A stretch of DNA of 64,000 nucleotides from a virus. Lineage: Duplodnaviria > Caudoviricetes. Positions within the stretch are counted from its first letter, which is position 1. The number at the start of each line of letters is the position of its first letter. Positions 39,355 through 48,705 of this stretch are shown piece after piece. Both the position numbers and the translations under genes were made by a program. The stretch spans positions 3,788-67,787 of the IMG/VR virus record IMGVR_UViG_3300042564_001032. One strand, given 5' to 3'. Below the pieces are notes generated by a model. It saw nothing but the letters and a program-made list of their open reading frames with translations, was not told the origin of the DNA and did no database searches.

Positions 39355-39966
39355 ATGAAGAAAACATTACAAGTAGTTGGTCTTTTTATGATAGTTGCCT
39401 TAGCGGTATACATCAAGTTGAATGGAGTTCATAACCCATTTTCTCCTACAATTAAATATGTAAATGGTAAGCCATACGAGGTTATCAAACATGATATCGA
39501 TACCACATATATCGACAAGGTGACCATCAAGAAAGTAAAAGGGGAAGATATCTACCATGATACCACCATTTATGTAGCTATTCCTGTAGATAAGCCTATT
39601 GATACGATGGCTATCCTAATGCATTACTATGCAAAGAATGTATACAAGGATACACTATTGTTAAACGACTCACTAGGATACGTAGCCATCACAGATACAA
39701 TCAGCAAGAACGCTATTGTTAGTAGACTATACAATGCTAAAGTAAAAGAACGTACTATTAAAGAGACAACTATTGTTAAGGAGTTACCTAAAATGCAGAT
39801 ATTCTGGGGTTTGGGTGCTTCGTTTGATAAGGTTAACTTTGTGAATAACGTACAAGCCAATTTTCTTATAAAAACGAAGTGTGATAAAATTTACGGCGTA
39901 GGGGCAGGTGTGGACATAAACAAAGTTCCATTTGTAAATGCGTCATTATATTGGAAAATTAAATAA
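39355..39966 (+). CDS. Putative spanin-like lysis protein
   Basis: N-terminal TM, DT-rich beta stalk and a C-terminal amphipathic strand segment ending YWKIK; adjacent to holin and endolysin. Confidence 0.5.
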   Translation: MKKTLQVVGLFMIVALAVYIKLNGVHNPFSPTIKYVNGKPYEVIKHDIDTTYIDKVTIKKVKGEDIYHDTTIYVAIPVDKPIDTMAILMHYYAKNVYKDTLLLNDSLGYVAITDTISKNAIVSRLYNAKVKERTIKETTIVKELPKMQIFWGLGASFDKVNFVNNVQANFLIKTKCDKIYGVGAGVDINKVPFVNASLYWKIK

Positions 39967-39967
39967 T

Positions 39968-40216
39968 ATGAAAGAGTTTTTACTTAGAATGTTCAGCGAC
40001 AAGTCTGACGTAAATCAAAAGGCTGTACTAGGTTTTGTATCATTTGTATTGATGGTTTTATATGCACTAGCAGACATCGTTACAGGTGTGGCCGGTGTTA
40101 CATTTGTTATCGAGCCTATTGTATTTAATGGCTTGATGTATACTGCAATGACTATGTGTGGCATTACAGGAGTAGAAGCCGTATTTGGTAACAAAAACTT
40201 AAAAGAAAAGCAGTAA
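39968..40216 (+). CDS. Putative holin
   Basis: Two TM helices and a basic C-terminus, coupled to the endolysin. Likely start MKEFLL. Confidence 0.65.
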   Translation: MKEFLLRMFSDKSDVNQKAVLGFVSFVLMVLYALADIVTGVAGVTFVIEPIVFNGLMYTAMTMCGITGVEAVFGNKNLKEKQ

Positions 40217-40812
40217 TGAAACTAGAAAAGCTAAAAGGTCATATACCAGATTCTGTAATAGCTCAGATTCCATTAGTTTCTGAAAAATTCGGTGTAAACA
40301 CTCCGTTGCGTTTGGCTCATTTTTTAGCTCAAACAGGACATGAATCAGGTGGGTTCAGAGCAACTGCCGAAAACTTAAATTATAGTGCGAAAGGGTTGAC
40401 TAACATATTCAAGAAATATTTTACTCCATTAAGTGCTAAAGAGTTTGAACGTAAACCTGAAAAGATTGCTAATATCGTTTATGCAAACAGAATGGGTAAT
40501 GGTAATCAAGCTAGTGGAGATGGTTTTAGGTTTAGAGGCAGAGGTTATATTCAATTAACAGGAAGAGACAACTATACAGCTTTCAATAAGTCTGTTGAAG
40601 ATGATATACTTGCTAATCCTGATTTAGTTTCTACAAAATATCCTCTTCTTTCTGCTGCATGGTTTTGGTCTAAGAATGGTTTAAATGCGATATCTGACCA
40701 AGGTCCATCAGAAGATGTGGTAACAAAAGTTACAAAGAGAGTTAATGGCGGTGTCATAGGACTTCCTGATAGAATTAAACACTTCAAAGAGTATCATCAA
40801 TTATTATCATGA
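40216..40812 (+). CDS. Endolysin, glycoside hydrolase family 19
   Basis: FLAQTGHESGGF..ENLNYS, FRGRGYIQLTGRDNY, SAAWFW and VNGG motifs. Confidence 0.92.
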   Translation: MKLEKLKGHIPDSVIAQIPLVSEKFGVNTPLRLAHFLAQTGHESGGFRATAENLNYSAKGLTNIFKKYFTPLSAKEFERKPEKIANIVYANRMGNGNQASGDGFRFRGRGYIQLTGRDNYTAFNKSVEDDILANPDLVSTKYPLLSAAWFWSKNGLNAISDQGPSEDVVTKVTKRVNGGVIGLPDRIKHFKEYHQLLS

Positions 40813-40955
40813 TACCTAGAGCAATATTCATAAGCATGATACTATTAATCGTTTATCTTTTTATATCTTTAGTTATATCAGATAGAAAAGTAAGTAGACA
40901 AGAAAAAGAAATTAAGGTTCTTAAAGAAGAGCTTGAATTATATAAAAAATGGTAA
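40809..40955 (+). CDS. Small TM + coiled-coil protein (48 aa, not in the ORF track)
   Basis: ATGA overlap with the endolysin stop; MIPRAIFISMILLIVYLFISLVISDRK... Confidence 0.5.
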   Translation: MIPRAIFISMILLIVYLFISLVISDRKVSRQEKEIKVLKEELELYKKW

Positions 40956-40983
40956 ATAACAAACCCGAACAACCTGGTAACAT

Positions 40984-41265
40984 ATGCCTAGAAACAATAA
41001 CGCTGGAAAGCATCCGAGCTATCTGCGTCTCAACTGGAGCCCAAGCTCAATAAAGAGGAAAAGGGAGTACGATAAAAAGTATAGCTCTTCTGAAAAACAG
41101 AAGAAGTATCGAGTTGAACTAAACAGAGCAAATAGGGAGGCTGGTACTTATGGTAACGGCGATAATAAAGATATGAGCCATACTAAGTCAGGTAAACTTA
41201 AAATGGAACATCAGAGGCTAAATAGAGCTAGAAACGGGCGTAACGGTAAATCAACCAAGAAGTAA
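40984..41265 (+). CDS. Small basic HNH-like protein
   Basis: KDMSH...NRARN resembles the minimal HNH-like proteins of phages. Confidence 0.5.
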   Translation: MPRNNNAGKHPSYLRLNWSPSSIKRKREYDKKYSSSEKQKKYRVELNRANREAGTYGNGDNKDMSHTKSGKLKMEHQRLNRARNGRNGKSTKK

Positions 41266-41290
41266 TATATTTGCAAAAATTAACAGATTA

Positions 41291-41506
41291 ATGGAGCATC
41301 CTTTAAAGATTTCGGATTCGGTAGGCATACCAAGTACGCTAGGGGCAATGACTTTAAATATTATGCAGATGCTTAATTTATCAAACATTAATATGATATT
41401 GACTTTAGTTATTTCACTATTGTCAATAACATACCTGTTAATCAACATCTCTATTAAATATAGAGAACTAAAAAAGGGTAAGAGGGGGAAATCTAACCCT
41501 TCTTAA
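41291..41506 (+). CDS. Small membrane protein (holin-like)
   Basis: Hydrophobic segment and basic tail; TATATTTG at 41266. Confidence 0.55.
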   Translation: MEHPLKISDSVGIPSTLGAMTLNIMQMLNLSNINMILTLVISLLSITYLLINISIKYRELKKGKRGKSNPS

Positions 41507-41670
41507 CCTTTCTTTGTGTAGTCAACTTTCCCAACATCGTACTTATATACAATAGCTCTAATTCTAGATTGCAACAACTGAAGATAATCTTCTATTCTCT
41601 TTTTCTCTGCCATTAAAACTTCTAAGTCTTTTGAATCATTAACAGATTCATCCATTTTGATTATCTTCAT
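41503..41670 (-). CDS. Small coiled-coil protein (55 aa, not in the ORF track)
   Basis: MKIIKMDESVNDSKDLEVLMAEKKRIEDYLQLLQSRIR...; its stop overlaps the convergent stop at 41506. Confidence 0.45.
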   Translation of the reverse strand: MKIIKMDESVNDSKDLEVLMAEKKRIEDYLQLLQSRIRAIVYKYDVGKVDYTKKG

Positions 41671-41878
41671 AGTATCTAATTATTATTATTATGATTATTT
41701 CAGTGCATCCGATTCCAGAAACAGATCCAAATATACAATTTCAGGTGATATATTTATGCACTAAAATGGACCCCATTGATTTACTGAGCACTTCGTATAT
41801 AAATGATTTTATATCTGATGATGAAGGAGTCGACGGGGGGATTGACGACCCCTTCTTGTTATCATATATATACGCTAA

Positions 41879-42919
41879 TTAAAATATGTGGCTGAATCTT
41901 GCAATCTGCCCGTGCAGTTTGTGATGCAAGAAACCTTCAACAGCCTTTGGTGCATGCACATATCCATTTCTGTGATGCCATGAATCAGCTCCTGACGGAC
42001 TTCTTAAAGCCTCGATAGTAACTCCCATGATATCTTTTGAGCGTTTGTGGTGGATGTGATGAATGTAAAAGTATTTGTGTTTACAAGAAGACCAATCAGT
42101 TCCTGACTCGTGAGCCATAAGTAATGGCAAATCATTTTCTTTTGCTCCGTCTCCGTGTGTAGTACCTATAAGGTTGTTATAGTATCTGTAATATTTTCTG
42201 TGGTTGATAGAGCAATTAAATTCAACATTCTTATCTCTACTGAACCAAGACTGAATTGTATCAGCTAAAAAGAAACCATTTGTGTAGTCGTGATTAGAGG
42301 GGTCGTACTGAACGAATACATTAGATACTTCTCTAAGTGTTTCAATAATCTCTACATGCAATCTTTTAGCAATCAAGAAATTATCATACCACATTCCGTC
42401 TGTATCTTGCGGAGTTCCAGATGTAGTCTGTCTTTTAGGTGTATCTACATGCAGAATATCGTTTCCGATTACGTATAGTATTTGGTCTACATTGAACGCA
42501 GAAGCTTTTTCAAGTATACCATACACGCCCTGCATTACTCTGTCAACAGCAATCTTGTTGTTATACTCATCATTTGTTTCAAATGCAGAGCATAGTTTAC
42601 CGATATGTATATCGGCAGGGTCAATAACCAAAAGATGTGCATCTTCAGGTCTGTTAAACGGAGTTCTTTGAATCTCTAAATACTCAGGAGCATATTCTTT
42701 CATTTCTGATATAATAGCGTCTTTGACGTCATTATAACTTACTTGAGCTCCCTTGACATTGATTGAGAAGTGTTCTCCTTTGAACCAATAGTGCTTAACA
42801 TCTTGTACAGGAATGCCTTGTTTTTCGCATTCCTCAGAAAGCGCTTCGTGTTGAGACCTGATATCTTTTAAGATATCGAATTCGGCCTCTGTAATCCGAG
42901 GTCTGATTTCTTTTTTCAT
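41879..42919 (-). CDS. Calcineurin-like metallophosphoesterase/nuclease
   Basis: ADIHIGK, GNDILH, SNHD, THGD and HHIHH metal-binding motifs. Confidence 0.8.
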   Translation of the reverse strand: MKKEIRPRITEAEFDILKDIRSQHEALSEECEKQGIPVQDVKHYWFKGEHFSINVKGAQVSYNDVKDAIISEMKEYAPEYLEIQRTPFNRPEDAHLLVIDPADIHIGKLCSAFETNDEYNNKIAVDRVMQGVYGILEKASAFNVDQILYVIGNDILHVDTPKRQTTSGTPQDTDGMWYDNFLIAKRLHVEIIETLREVSNVFVQYDPSNHDYTNGFFLADTIQSWFSRDKNVEFNCSINHRKYYRYYNNLIGTTHGDGAKENDLPLLMAHESGTDWSSCKHKYFYIHHIHHKRSKDIMGVTIEALRSPSGADSWHHRNGYVHAPKAVEGFLHHKLHGQIARFSHIF

Positions 42920-42945
42920 GTATTTATGGGTTAGGTTTTGCTAAA

Positions 42946-43314
42946 CTACAACTTTTTAATAAACTCAACAACTTCTCTGCACTCTTTTTGATTTTTTGGT
43001 AAAAATATATGAGGCTGTTCTCCGAATTCACTATAAAGCCTGTACTTTAAGAGCTTCCACTTTAGCTTATTGTCATTCCTCTGAAACCCTTTGGTGTCAA
43101 CTATTACAGACTTCCCTTTCTCTGTTAAATCAAAATCAACAGTTAGTGTCATTGCCCTAATGGACTTTCCTTGATACTTAAATGTTGGATGAAGTAAGTA
43201 TGGAACTTGAAAATCAAATTTAATTTTCTCGCTCATTAATAGTTCATAGAAGAATAACTCTAACCTAGAGTCAAACTTCAAACCATACTTCTGCACCTTT
43301 TTAATTTGCCTCAT
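42946..43314 (-). CDS. PD-(D/E)xK endonuclease (DUF1064-like)
   Basis: KFDSRLE...FQVPY...VDF...VDTKG. Confidence 0.75.
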   Translation of the reverse strand: MRQIKKVQKYGLKFDSRLELFFYELLMSEKIKFDFQVPYLLHPTFKYQGKSIRAMTLTVDFDLTEKGKSVIVDTKGFQRNDNKLKWKLLKYRLYSEFGEQPHIFLPKNQKECREVVEFIKKL

Positions 43315-43418
43315 AAATCAGATAAAGAACAGATAAGTAAAAGACCCATCATTAGTAAATATAAAAACAATAGTACTAAAACGGGATGTCCTTCATTATT
43401 ATTGTCTTTTTTCATAAA

Positions 43419-43820
43419 TTATATCAAATTTAATTCACTTTTGCTATATGACAATGCAGAACGCAATATTTCTATCTTGTAATGGCATTCTTTAATCAAT
43501 AGTTCTGTGATGTTGTTATAAAAGCTACAATCACCTATCTCGTAAGCTATTAGCATCTTTTTTTCTGTTGCAGACCTATCGTCATTATTTAATGTGATAA
43601 GTTTAGAGAAAGATAATTTCTCTGTAAGGTATTGGAACTGAGCCTTTGCCGTGATACCTAGATACATTACCGATGTAATTTCAGATAGATGTTCTACAAT
43701 AGCTCTAGGGTCGCTACAATCAATCTTTTTACCTACAACAGCTCTGTATGATTCATACATTTCTATTGACTTCTCAAAAGCAGATTGCAATGATTTGTCT
43801 GTGAATACTTGCTTCGCCAT
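43419..43820 (-). CDS. Hypothetical helical protein
   Basis: 133-aa ORF with an AACCAATAAAACCATAAAACC leader. Confidence 0.7.
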   Translation of the reverse strand: MAKQVFTDKSLQSAFEKSIEMYESYRAVVGKKIDCSDPRAIVEHLSEITSVMYLGITAKAQFQYLTEKLSFSKLITLNNDDRSATEKKMLIAYEIGDCSFYNNITELLIKECHYKIEILRSALSYSKSELNLI

Positions 43821-43824
43821 GGTT

Positions 43825-44061
43825 TTATGGTTTTATTGGTTTAATTCTAAGTGCAAATTCTTTGTCTAACTCCTTTGAGTAGACTCTCTTCTTTTGTTTT
43901 ATAGCATTCTTAATAACATTGTGGCCAATAATTAGCTTTTGTTGCGCTAATTTTAATGTCTTAAATTCAATGGCCTTTGCCTTTCGCTCTTCCAAATCTT
44001 CAATAGATAAGTCATAGGCTAAAATTGTAACTCTTGATTCGTCTATAAACTCGTACCCCAT
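43825..44061 (-). CDS. Hypothetical protein
   Basis: 78 aa, tightly packed in the operon. Confidence 0.6.
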   Translation of the reverse strand: MGYEFIDESRVTILAYDLSIEDLEERKAKAIEFKTLKLAQQKLIIGHNVIKNAIKQKKRVYSKELDKEFALRIKPIKP

Positions 44062-44062
44062 T

Positions 44063-45880
44063 TTAAAACTTACATTTATGTTTTAGTAATAAATAATCCC
44101 TATTAAAAGGCAGCATTCCATTTTCATCTACAAATTCAACTCCATTATTCATTCTTAATATACATGGATTTCCTTGTGTAGTCGGTTTGCCACCAGTCTC
44201 TTTATTTCTAACTTTATCAACAGAAATCTCTGTTATCATCCATTCGTATTGGTCTTTAATTTTCCTGTGATAAGTCACAAAGTTATCAACCCTATTGTAA
44301 AGTGCAGCACCCCCTTCGGTATCCGATGCGTGAGGCATCTTTTGGTTGCCATCTTTATCTCTTTCTCTTTGAGAATTGGTTGTACTATGTACTGATAAAA
44401 ATATAGAGGTATTGTATCTCTTTGTATAGTTAAGCATTTCGCTGTATGCCTCGTAGTCGTATATGTACTTATTCTTTGCTGCTGTCAACTCCATCTTCAA
44501 TGAATTGTACGGGTCAATGAACAGCCCCTTCAAAGACTTATAGTTCATAAGTACTTTAGAGTGGTCTAGTATCTCTCCGTATGTATACATATTATCGGTA
44601 GATAGTATAAAGAAGTGCTCGTCTACAAACTTTAATGAAGCTGCGTGCTCTGAGTCATTCATGCTAGTAATCTTTTTGCCAACAAAAAACTCCATAATCT
44701 TCATCTTAACTGAAGCAGATTGGTTCTCTCCTGTATACAGCATCCAATTCCAATCATAATGCACAGCAGATAAGAAAATAAGCCACAAATTGACCGTTGT
44801 TTTGCCAATATGACTATGTGCTAGGGACGCATAAAATTCGCCTTCTTTTAGCCTCAAATGTTCATCTAAATGCTTATACCCAAAAGGCATACCCATAGGT
44901 ATGAGACCAGACCTGAACTTATAGATAAAATCATCGTCTTTGGACCTAGAAGAAAGAAAGGACAAATCTTCCTCCATAACTCCAATTTCACGTATAGCTT
45001 CCCTGTACTCAGATTCTACCTCATGTATAGGCCTGGTCATACCATGACGTAATCCGTCTTCTATGGTTCTCTTGGCTAGTTGGATGTCGTCTACATCTTT
45101 CTTAGAAATCTCGTGAGCAAGAATATCGTAAGCAATATCATATTCTATATATTTAGTTGCAACATATCCGCCTAATAGTGTAGCTGCCCTAAGTAGCGTG
45201 TGATGCTTTTGTCCATCAGGAGCTAGTCTAATCATTCTAGAGGCTACATCAATCTTTTTATAATCCGTAAATCCATCTCCCATTTTAACCGAAGATGGTT
45301 TTATCTCTTCATCCTGAACAATATCAAAAAACACACTAGAAGACGTGTTGACGTATATCTCAGGATCATAAGAAACGTACAATACCCTAGCTATGTTTTT
45401 GGCTGTTGGGTCTAATCCAGGTATCTTTTCTAGTAGAGCTTTGTAATGTTGCGTATGCTTATTCCCGTCTCCAATCTTTACTAGGCCATGAAGACCTCTG
45501 CCACTAGAAGAAATCCATAAGGCGTATATAAATGGATTATTAATTAATTCTTGCTTTGCCTCATTAACATCTTCGATATCATCAATATCTATGGGCACAA
45601 ATCCGCTATGCTTTGTCAAAGATTTGTCATCTCTGTAAGAAACGTACTCTGTTCCGTTGTCTCTTGTTTTGGTTATAGGCTTATTAAATTCTCCTGAAAA
45701 TAAAACGCATGGCAGTCCTGACTTTAACTCTCTAATTTTGTTCTCTTCTTTACATTGCCTTATCTCGCTTACTTTCTCTTTGTACTTGCCTGTTTCTATC
45801 CCTTTTAATACAGAACCCAATTCGACAAAGTGGGGCTCATGTATTGTAGTAATGTTTCTAAATAAGGTTACTCTCTGCAT
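44063..45880 (-). CDS. Primase-helicase (VirE-N/BT4734-like domain plus SF4 DnaB-like helicase)
   Basis: KSGLPCVLFSGEF, HSGFVPIDID and ISSSGRGLH (VirE-N); Walker A AHSHIGKTT; Walker B FIDPYN; DKVRN arginine finger. Confidence 0.85.
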   Translation of the reverse strand: MQRVTLFRNITTIHEPHFVELGSVLKGIETGKYKEKVSEIRQCKEENKIRELKSGLPCVLFSGEFNKPITKTRDNGTEYVSYRDDKSLTKHSGFVPIDIDDIEDVNEAKQELINNPFIYALWISSSGRGLHGLVKIGDGNKHTQHYKALLEKIPGLDPTAKNIARVLYVSYDPEIYVNTSSSVFFDIVQDEEIKPSSVKMGDGFTDYKKIDVASRMIRLAPDGQKHHTLLRAATLLGGYVATKYIEYDIAYDILAHEISKKDVDDIQLAKRTIEDGLRHGMTRPIHEVESEYREAIREIGVMEEDLSFLSSRSKDDDFIYKFRSGLIPMGMPFGYKHLDEHLRLKEGEFYASLAHSHIGKTTVNLWLIFLSAVHYDWNWMLYTGENQSASVKMKIMEFFVGKKITSMNDSEHAASLKFVDEHFFILSTDNMYTYGEILDHSKVLMNYKSLKGLFIDPYNSLKMELTAAKNKYIYDYEAYSEMLNYTKRYNTSIFLSVHSTTNSQRERDKDGNQKMPHASDTEGGAALYNRVDNFVTYHRKIKDQYEWMITEISVDKVRNKETGGKPTTQGNPCILRMNNGVEFVDENGMLPFNRDYLLLKHKCKF

Positions 45881-45893
45881 ACATATTGATTTT

Positions 45894-45959
45894 GACCTTG
45901 TGCTAGATTCGAACTAACTCCTTCATATAGATGTGCTAACCATTAAACACCAACAAGGT
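45894..45959 (-). ncRNA. tRNA-like RNA lacking a normal anticodon arm
   Basis: ACCTTGT/ACAAGGT acceptor stem, D-arm GTGT-TTAATGGTTA-GCAC, T-arm GTTAG-TTCGAAT-CTAGC. Only 14 nt lie between the D and T arms. Confidence 0.7.
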
Positions 45960-46046
45960 ACTTAAAGCGCAATTAGTGTTCCCATTAAATAACTCGTTGA
46001 TTAATAATAATTTTTAGTTTATTTACACTAATTGAACTTCAGTTAG

Positions 46047-46316
46047 TTAGAATGGAAGGTCATCGGTCTTACTAAAAGACTTTGGGGCTGCAGGTTGAAC
46101 TGCATCTTTGTTTGGCTTCCATGTATCCAATACAGCAAATGCATTGTATCCGTATTGGTCAGGCGTCTTTTTATCTTTGATTTCGATATTTACGTAGCCT
46201 CTGTCATTTTGATGACTCTTAAGTTCTTCAATAAACTTTTCTACGTTGATACTAATCTTAGTACCATACTGAGTTTTCTTGCATCGTAATGCATTGATGT
46301 AAACAGTGTCTGACAT
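46047..46316 (-). CDS. Putative ssDNA-binding protein
   Basis: Small beta protein with an acidic DDLPF C-terminus, upstream of the primase-helicase. Confidence 0.6.
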   Translation of the reverse strand: MSDTVYINALRCKKTQYGTKISINVEKFIEELKSHQNDRGYVNIEIKDKKTPDQYGYNAFAVLDTWKPNKDAVQPAAPKSFSKTDDLPF

Positions 46317-46346
46317 TTTTATGGTTTTATTGGTTAAAAATTCGGT

Positions 46347-46378
46347 AAAAAAACCCCCGATGTAGAAACACCAGGGGA
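46347..46378 (-). terminator. Intrinsic terminator with a G-TTTCTA-C apex, mid-operon
   Basis: Minus strand: TCCCCTGGT-GTTTCTAC-ATCGGGGG followed by T7. Confidence 0.8.
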
Positions 46379-46406
46379 TTGTCGCTTGTATGTATGAGAA
46401 TCAATA

Positions 46407-46679
46407 TTAAACATTTTCAAGCTTTCCCCATAGAAGTTTTTTCTTTGGGTTCTTGGTAGCCGTAATGGCTACATCAAAGCCATATTCAGAGAGGATGTCA
46501 ATGACAGCCCCCATGGATACGGTTCTTGGCTTCCCGTCTTTGTCCATATACTTTCCAGAGTAGTTTACGAAAAACCAATAGTTCTTTGACTTGTCTTTCG
46601 AGTAAATCTCATCTAGTATTTTGGCGATTTGAGGGTAGGTTTTGGTTAGTTTGGTTTTGGTTATGCCCTTCGCGTTCAT
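46407..46679 (-). CDS. Hypothetical protein
   Basis: 90 aa with an AAAACC leader. Confidence 0.6.
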   Translation of the reverse strand: MNAKGITKTKLTKTYPQIAKILDEIYSKDKSKNYWFFVNYSGKYMDKDGKPRTVSMGAVIDILSEYGFDVAITATKNPKKKLLWGKLENV

Positions 46680-46683
46680 GGTT

Positions 46684-47049
46684 TTATTGTTTGGAAATCA
46701 GGACGACAGATTCTAGTTCACCATCATTGAAGTACGCCATAAACGTATAGAATACTTCGTAGGGTTTTCCGTAGAATAAAACATCTCCATTATAATAGCT
46801 TTTCTTTGTTACTTGGTTAATTTTTCGCATCTCTGCCGAAAACAATCCATCTTTATTCTCTTTAGATACTAATTCATACTCGAAGTCTTCAAAGTATAAA
46901 TAGCCATCCATACCAACATGGTAATCTAGGAACTGGCAGTCAAGACTCTTAGTTTGGAACTCAAGGTCTTTAAGGTCTTCAAGCTCCTTTTCATCCTCTA
47001 TTGGAAGGAACTTCAAGTCTATTCTGAAGGTGTCGTATCTGCTCGACAT
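46684..47049 (-). CDS. Hypothetical protein
   Basis: 121 aa, acidic. Confidence 0.6.
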   Translation of the reverse strand: MSSRYDTFRIDLKFLPIEDEKELEDLKDLEFQTKSLDCQFLDYHVGMDGYLYFEDFEYELVSKENKDGLFSAEMRKINQVTKKSYYNGDVLFYGKPYEVFYTFMAYFNDGELESVVLISKQ

Positions 47050-47104
47050 AGGCTTTTTACAAATAGTGTATTGCGAATATACAATGTTTTTTACAAAAAC
47101 AAAA

Positions 47105-47863
47105 TTATTTTACCCAATACGGCAAAGAAACTTCAAAATCACCTCCTGAATGGAATTCGTATCCCATATCCCAAAGGTTATTCTGCATACATCCATTGAA
47201 TAGCATTACTAATTCAGACACTGTCTTTTTGCCTAGGTTAATATAGTCTTGACTTGCATCTGCTACAACAATATTGTATGGAGATTTAGTTTCGATGATT
47301 AGGTATTTTACAGGCTTGTTTGTAACCATATTATATATGGCAGCTTGTATGTGGTAGCCTCGGTCATAGAAATTGTTGATGATAGTTTTAGGATGTGCGT
47401 CTGAAGCCGTCTTTACTTCTAGCACATAGTTATCAGCTTCTCCATCTATAAATCCTCTGAAAGGCAGACCATCTATATCTTGTCTGAATTCGTTTTCAAA
47501 TATATTACAATCTGATACTAGCTTTTTAAAATGGTCCTGCATCATTACTTTTTCTACAAGTCTATTAGCGTCTTCTAGTTCTGACTCTTGCACAACAGAC
47601 TTGCCTTCTGACTCACTAATAAACTTTGCGTAAGTGGCTTTGCCTTCTGATGTTCTTCTATCTACGTTTGGCATTACAGCAAACTGAGAATTAAATTCTT
47701 TGGGCTGTAGTAGTAAGCAGTGCAGCATACTGCCAAATATCATTTCTTTACTAGGCTCTTTATCTCCATTCAGGTACGCAATGTAATGCGCAGGGCTTTT
47801 AGCAAACTCTTTTAATGAAGAGTAGCTTAACGGCCTTTCTTGTAGTGTTTCTAGTGTTATCAT
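47105..47863 (-). CDS. RecE/ExoVIII-like PD-(D/E)xK exonuclease (DUF3799-like)
   Basis: LSYSSLK...SPAHY, FGSMLHCLLL, RGFID...EVKT and YHIQAAIY motifs. Confidence 0.8.
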   Translation of the reverse strand: MITLETLQERPLSYSSLKEFAKSPAHYIAYLNGDKEPSKEMIFGSMLHCLLLQPKEFNSQFAVMPNVDRRTSEGKATYAKFISESEGKSVVQESELEDANRLVEKVMMQDHFKKLVSDCNIFENEFRQDIDGLPFRGFIDGEADNYVLEVKTASDAHPKTIINNFYDRGYHIQAAIYNMVTNKPVKYLIIETKSPYNIVVADASQDYINLGKKTVSELVMLFNGCMQNNLWDMGYEFHSGGDFEVSLPYWVK

Positions 47864-47864
47864 A

Positions 47865-48137
47865 TTATTCTGTTTCGTCGTTTAATATTACCTTGTATTT
47901 ATATGCAGCAACAGGATCGCTTGCGTTCAATATGTCTAGTGCATACTCGTATCTCATATTAATCATCTTCTCTACATTTAAGTCAGAGTTTAGTATGTCA
48001 TACTTCACTTTAAGGGAATCTAGTGATGCATTTTTATAAAGAAGCTGGTCTTCTAATGTTGAGCATTTATTAGCCTGGTGCAATGCAGTCCATAGTAGAA
48101 CAATGCACAATACAAGAAGTAGCCTTTGCTTTTCCAT
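47865..48137 (-). CDS. Membrane-anchored coiled-coil protein
   Basis: N-terminal hydrophobic helix. Confidence 0.55.
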   Translation of the reverse strand: MEKQRLLLVLCIVLLWTALHQANKCSTLEDQLLYKNASLDSLKVKYDILNSDLNVEKMINMRYEYALDILNASDPVAAYKYKVILNDETE

Positions 48138-48139
48138 GG

Positions 48140-48685
48140 TTATCCATTTTTAATTTTTGTTAATTCAGCTTCAACAGCCTTTGATATGTTATAGAATTGT
48201 CTAAGTTTAGCTACATCTAAATTCTTTGATTCAGCTCTTTTAACAATAGCACTCCAATCCTTGTGCTTATCTGTTAGCCATTCTTTCTGAGGGGCCGCTG
48301 TATCTCTTGACATAGCTTTCTCTCCATCATCATCTTCGTCTTCAATAACAAGGTTTAATAAGCCTGACAGGCTGTATCTTTTAGCGTATGTTACAGCACT
48401 ACCATAGTCTTGGGCAGTCTGCTTTTGAACTACGATAGGGAAGTATGATACCATTAATTCCCCTGTCTCTACGTGGTAGAGATTAGTTTGAACATAAGGC
48501 GCTCCATCTAGTACAATAGTTGGCTGTGATATCACTAATCCATTACGTGTTAAGTGCGGACTTATGTGATGTTGGATTGCATCTAATTGCGCATACTTTG
48601 ATTTAAAGAATGGGTTGTTAGATGACTTTGTAATTGGTTCGCATTGTGATTGAAATAGTGACAATGCTTTTAGTAGATTCTGCAT
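48140..48685 (-). CDS. erf: ERF-family single-strand annealing recombinase
   Basis: NPFFKSKYAQL and GSAVTYAKRYSL...DEDDDG motifs. Confidence 0.88.
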   Translation of the reverse strand: MQNLLKALSLFQSQCEPITKSSNNPFFKSKYAQLDAIQHHISPHLTRNGLVISQPTIVLDGAPYVQTNLYHVETGELMVSYFPIVVQKQTAQDYGSAVTYAKRYSLSGLLNLVIEDEDDDGEKAMSRDTAAPQKEWLTDKHKDWSAIVKRAESKNLDVAKLRQFYNISKAVEAELTKIKNG

Positions 48686-48705
48686 TTTATTGTTTATTTA
48701 GTTCG

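Noticed and set aside
41691-41882. 63-aa + strand ORF and a GAAGGAGTCG/CGACCCCTTC hairpin at the convergence zone
   Set aside because: The ORF has no recognisable motif and the hairpin has no clear U-tract. I cannot support either a gene or a terminator.
45860-45893. Theta/HDV-like ribozyme 3' of the tRNA-like elements
   Set aside because: The sequence downstream of both elements is a short A-rich leader running straight into a start codon.
45971-46033. Inverted repeat AATTAGTGT/ACACTAATT
   Set aside because: AT-rich 9-mer with a long unstructured loop, plausible by chance.
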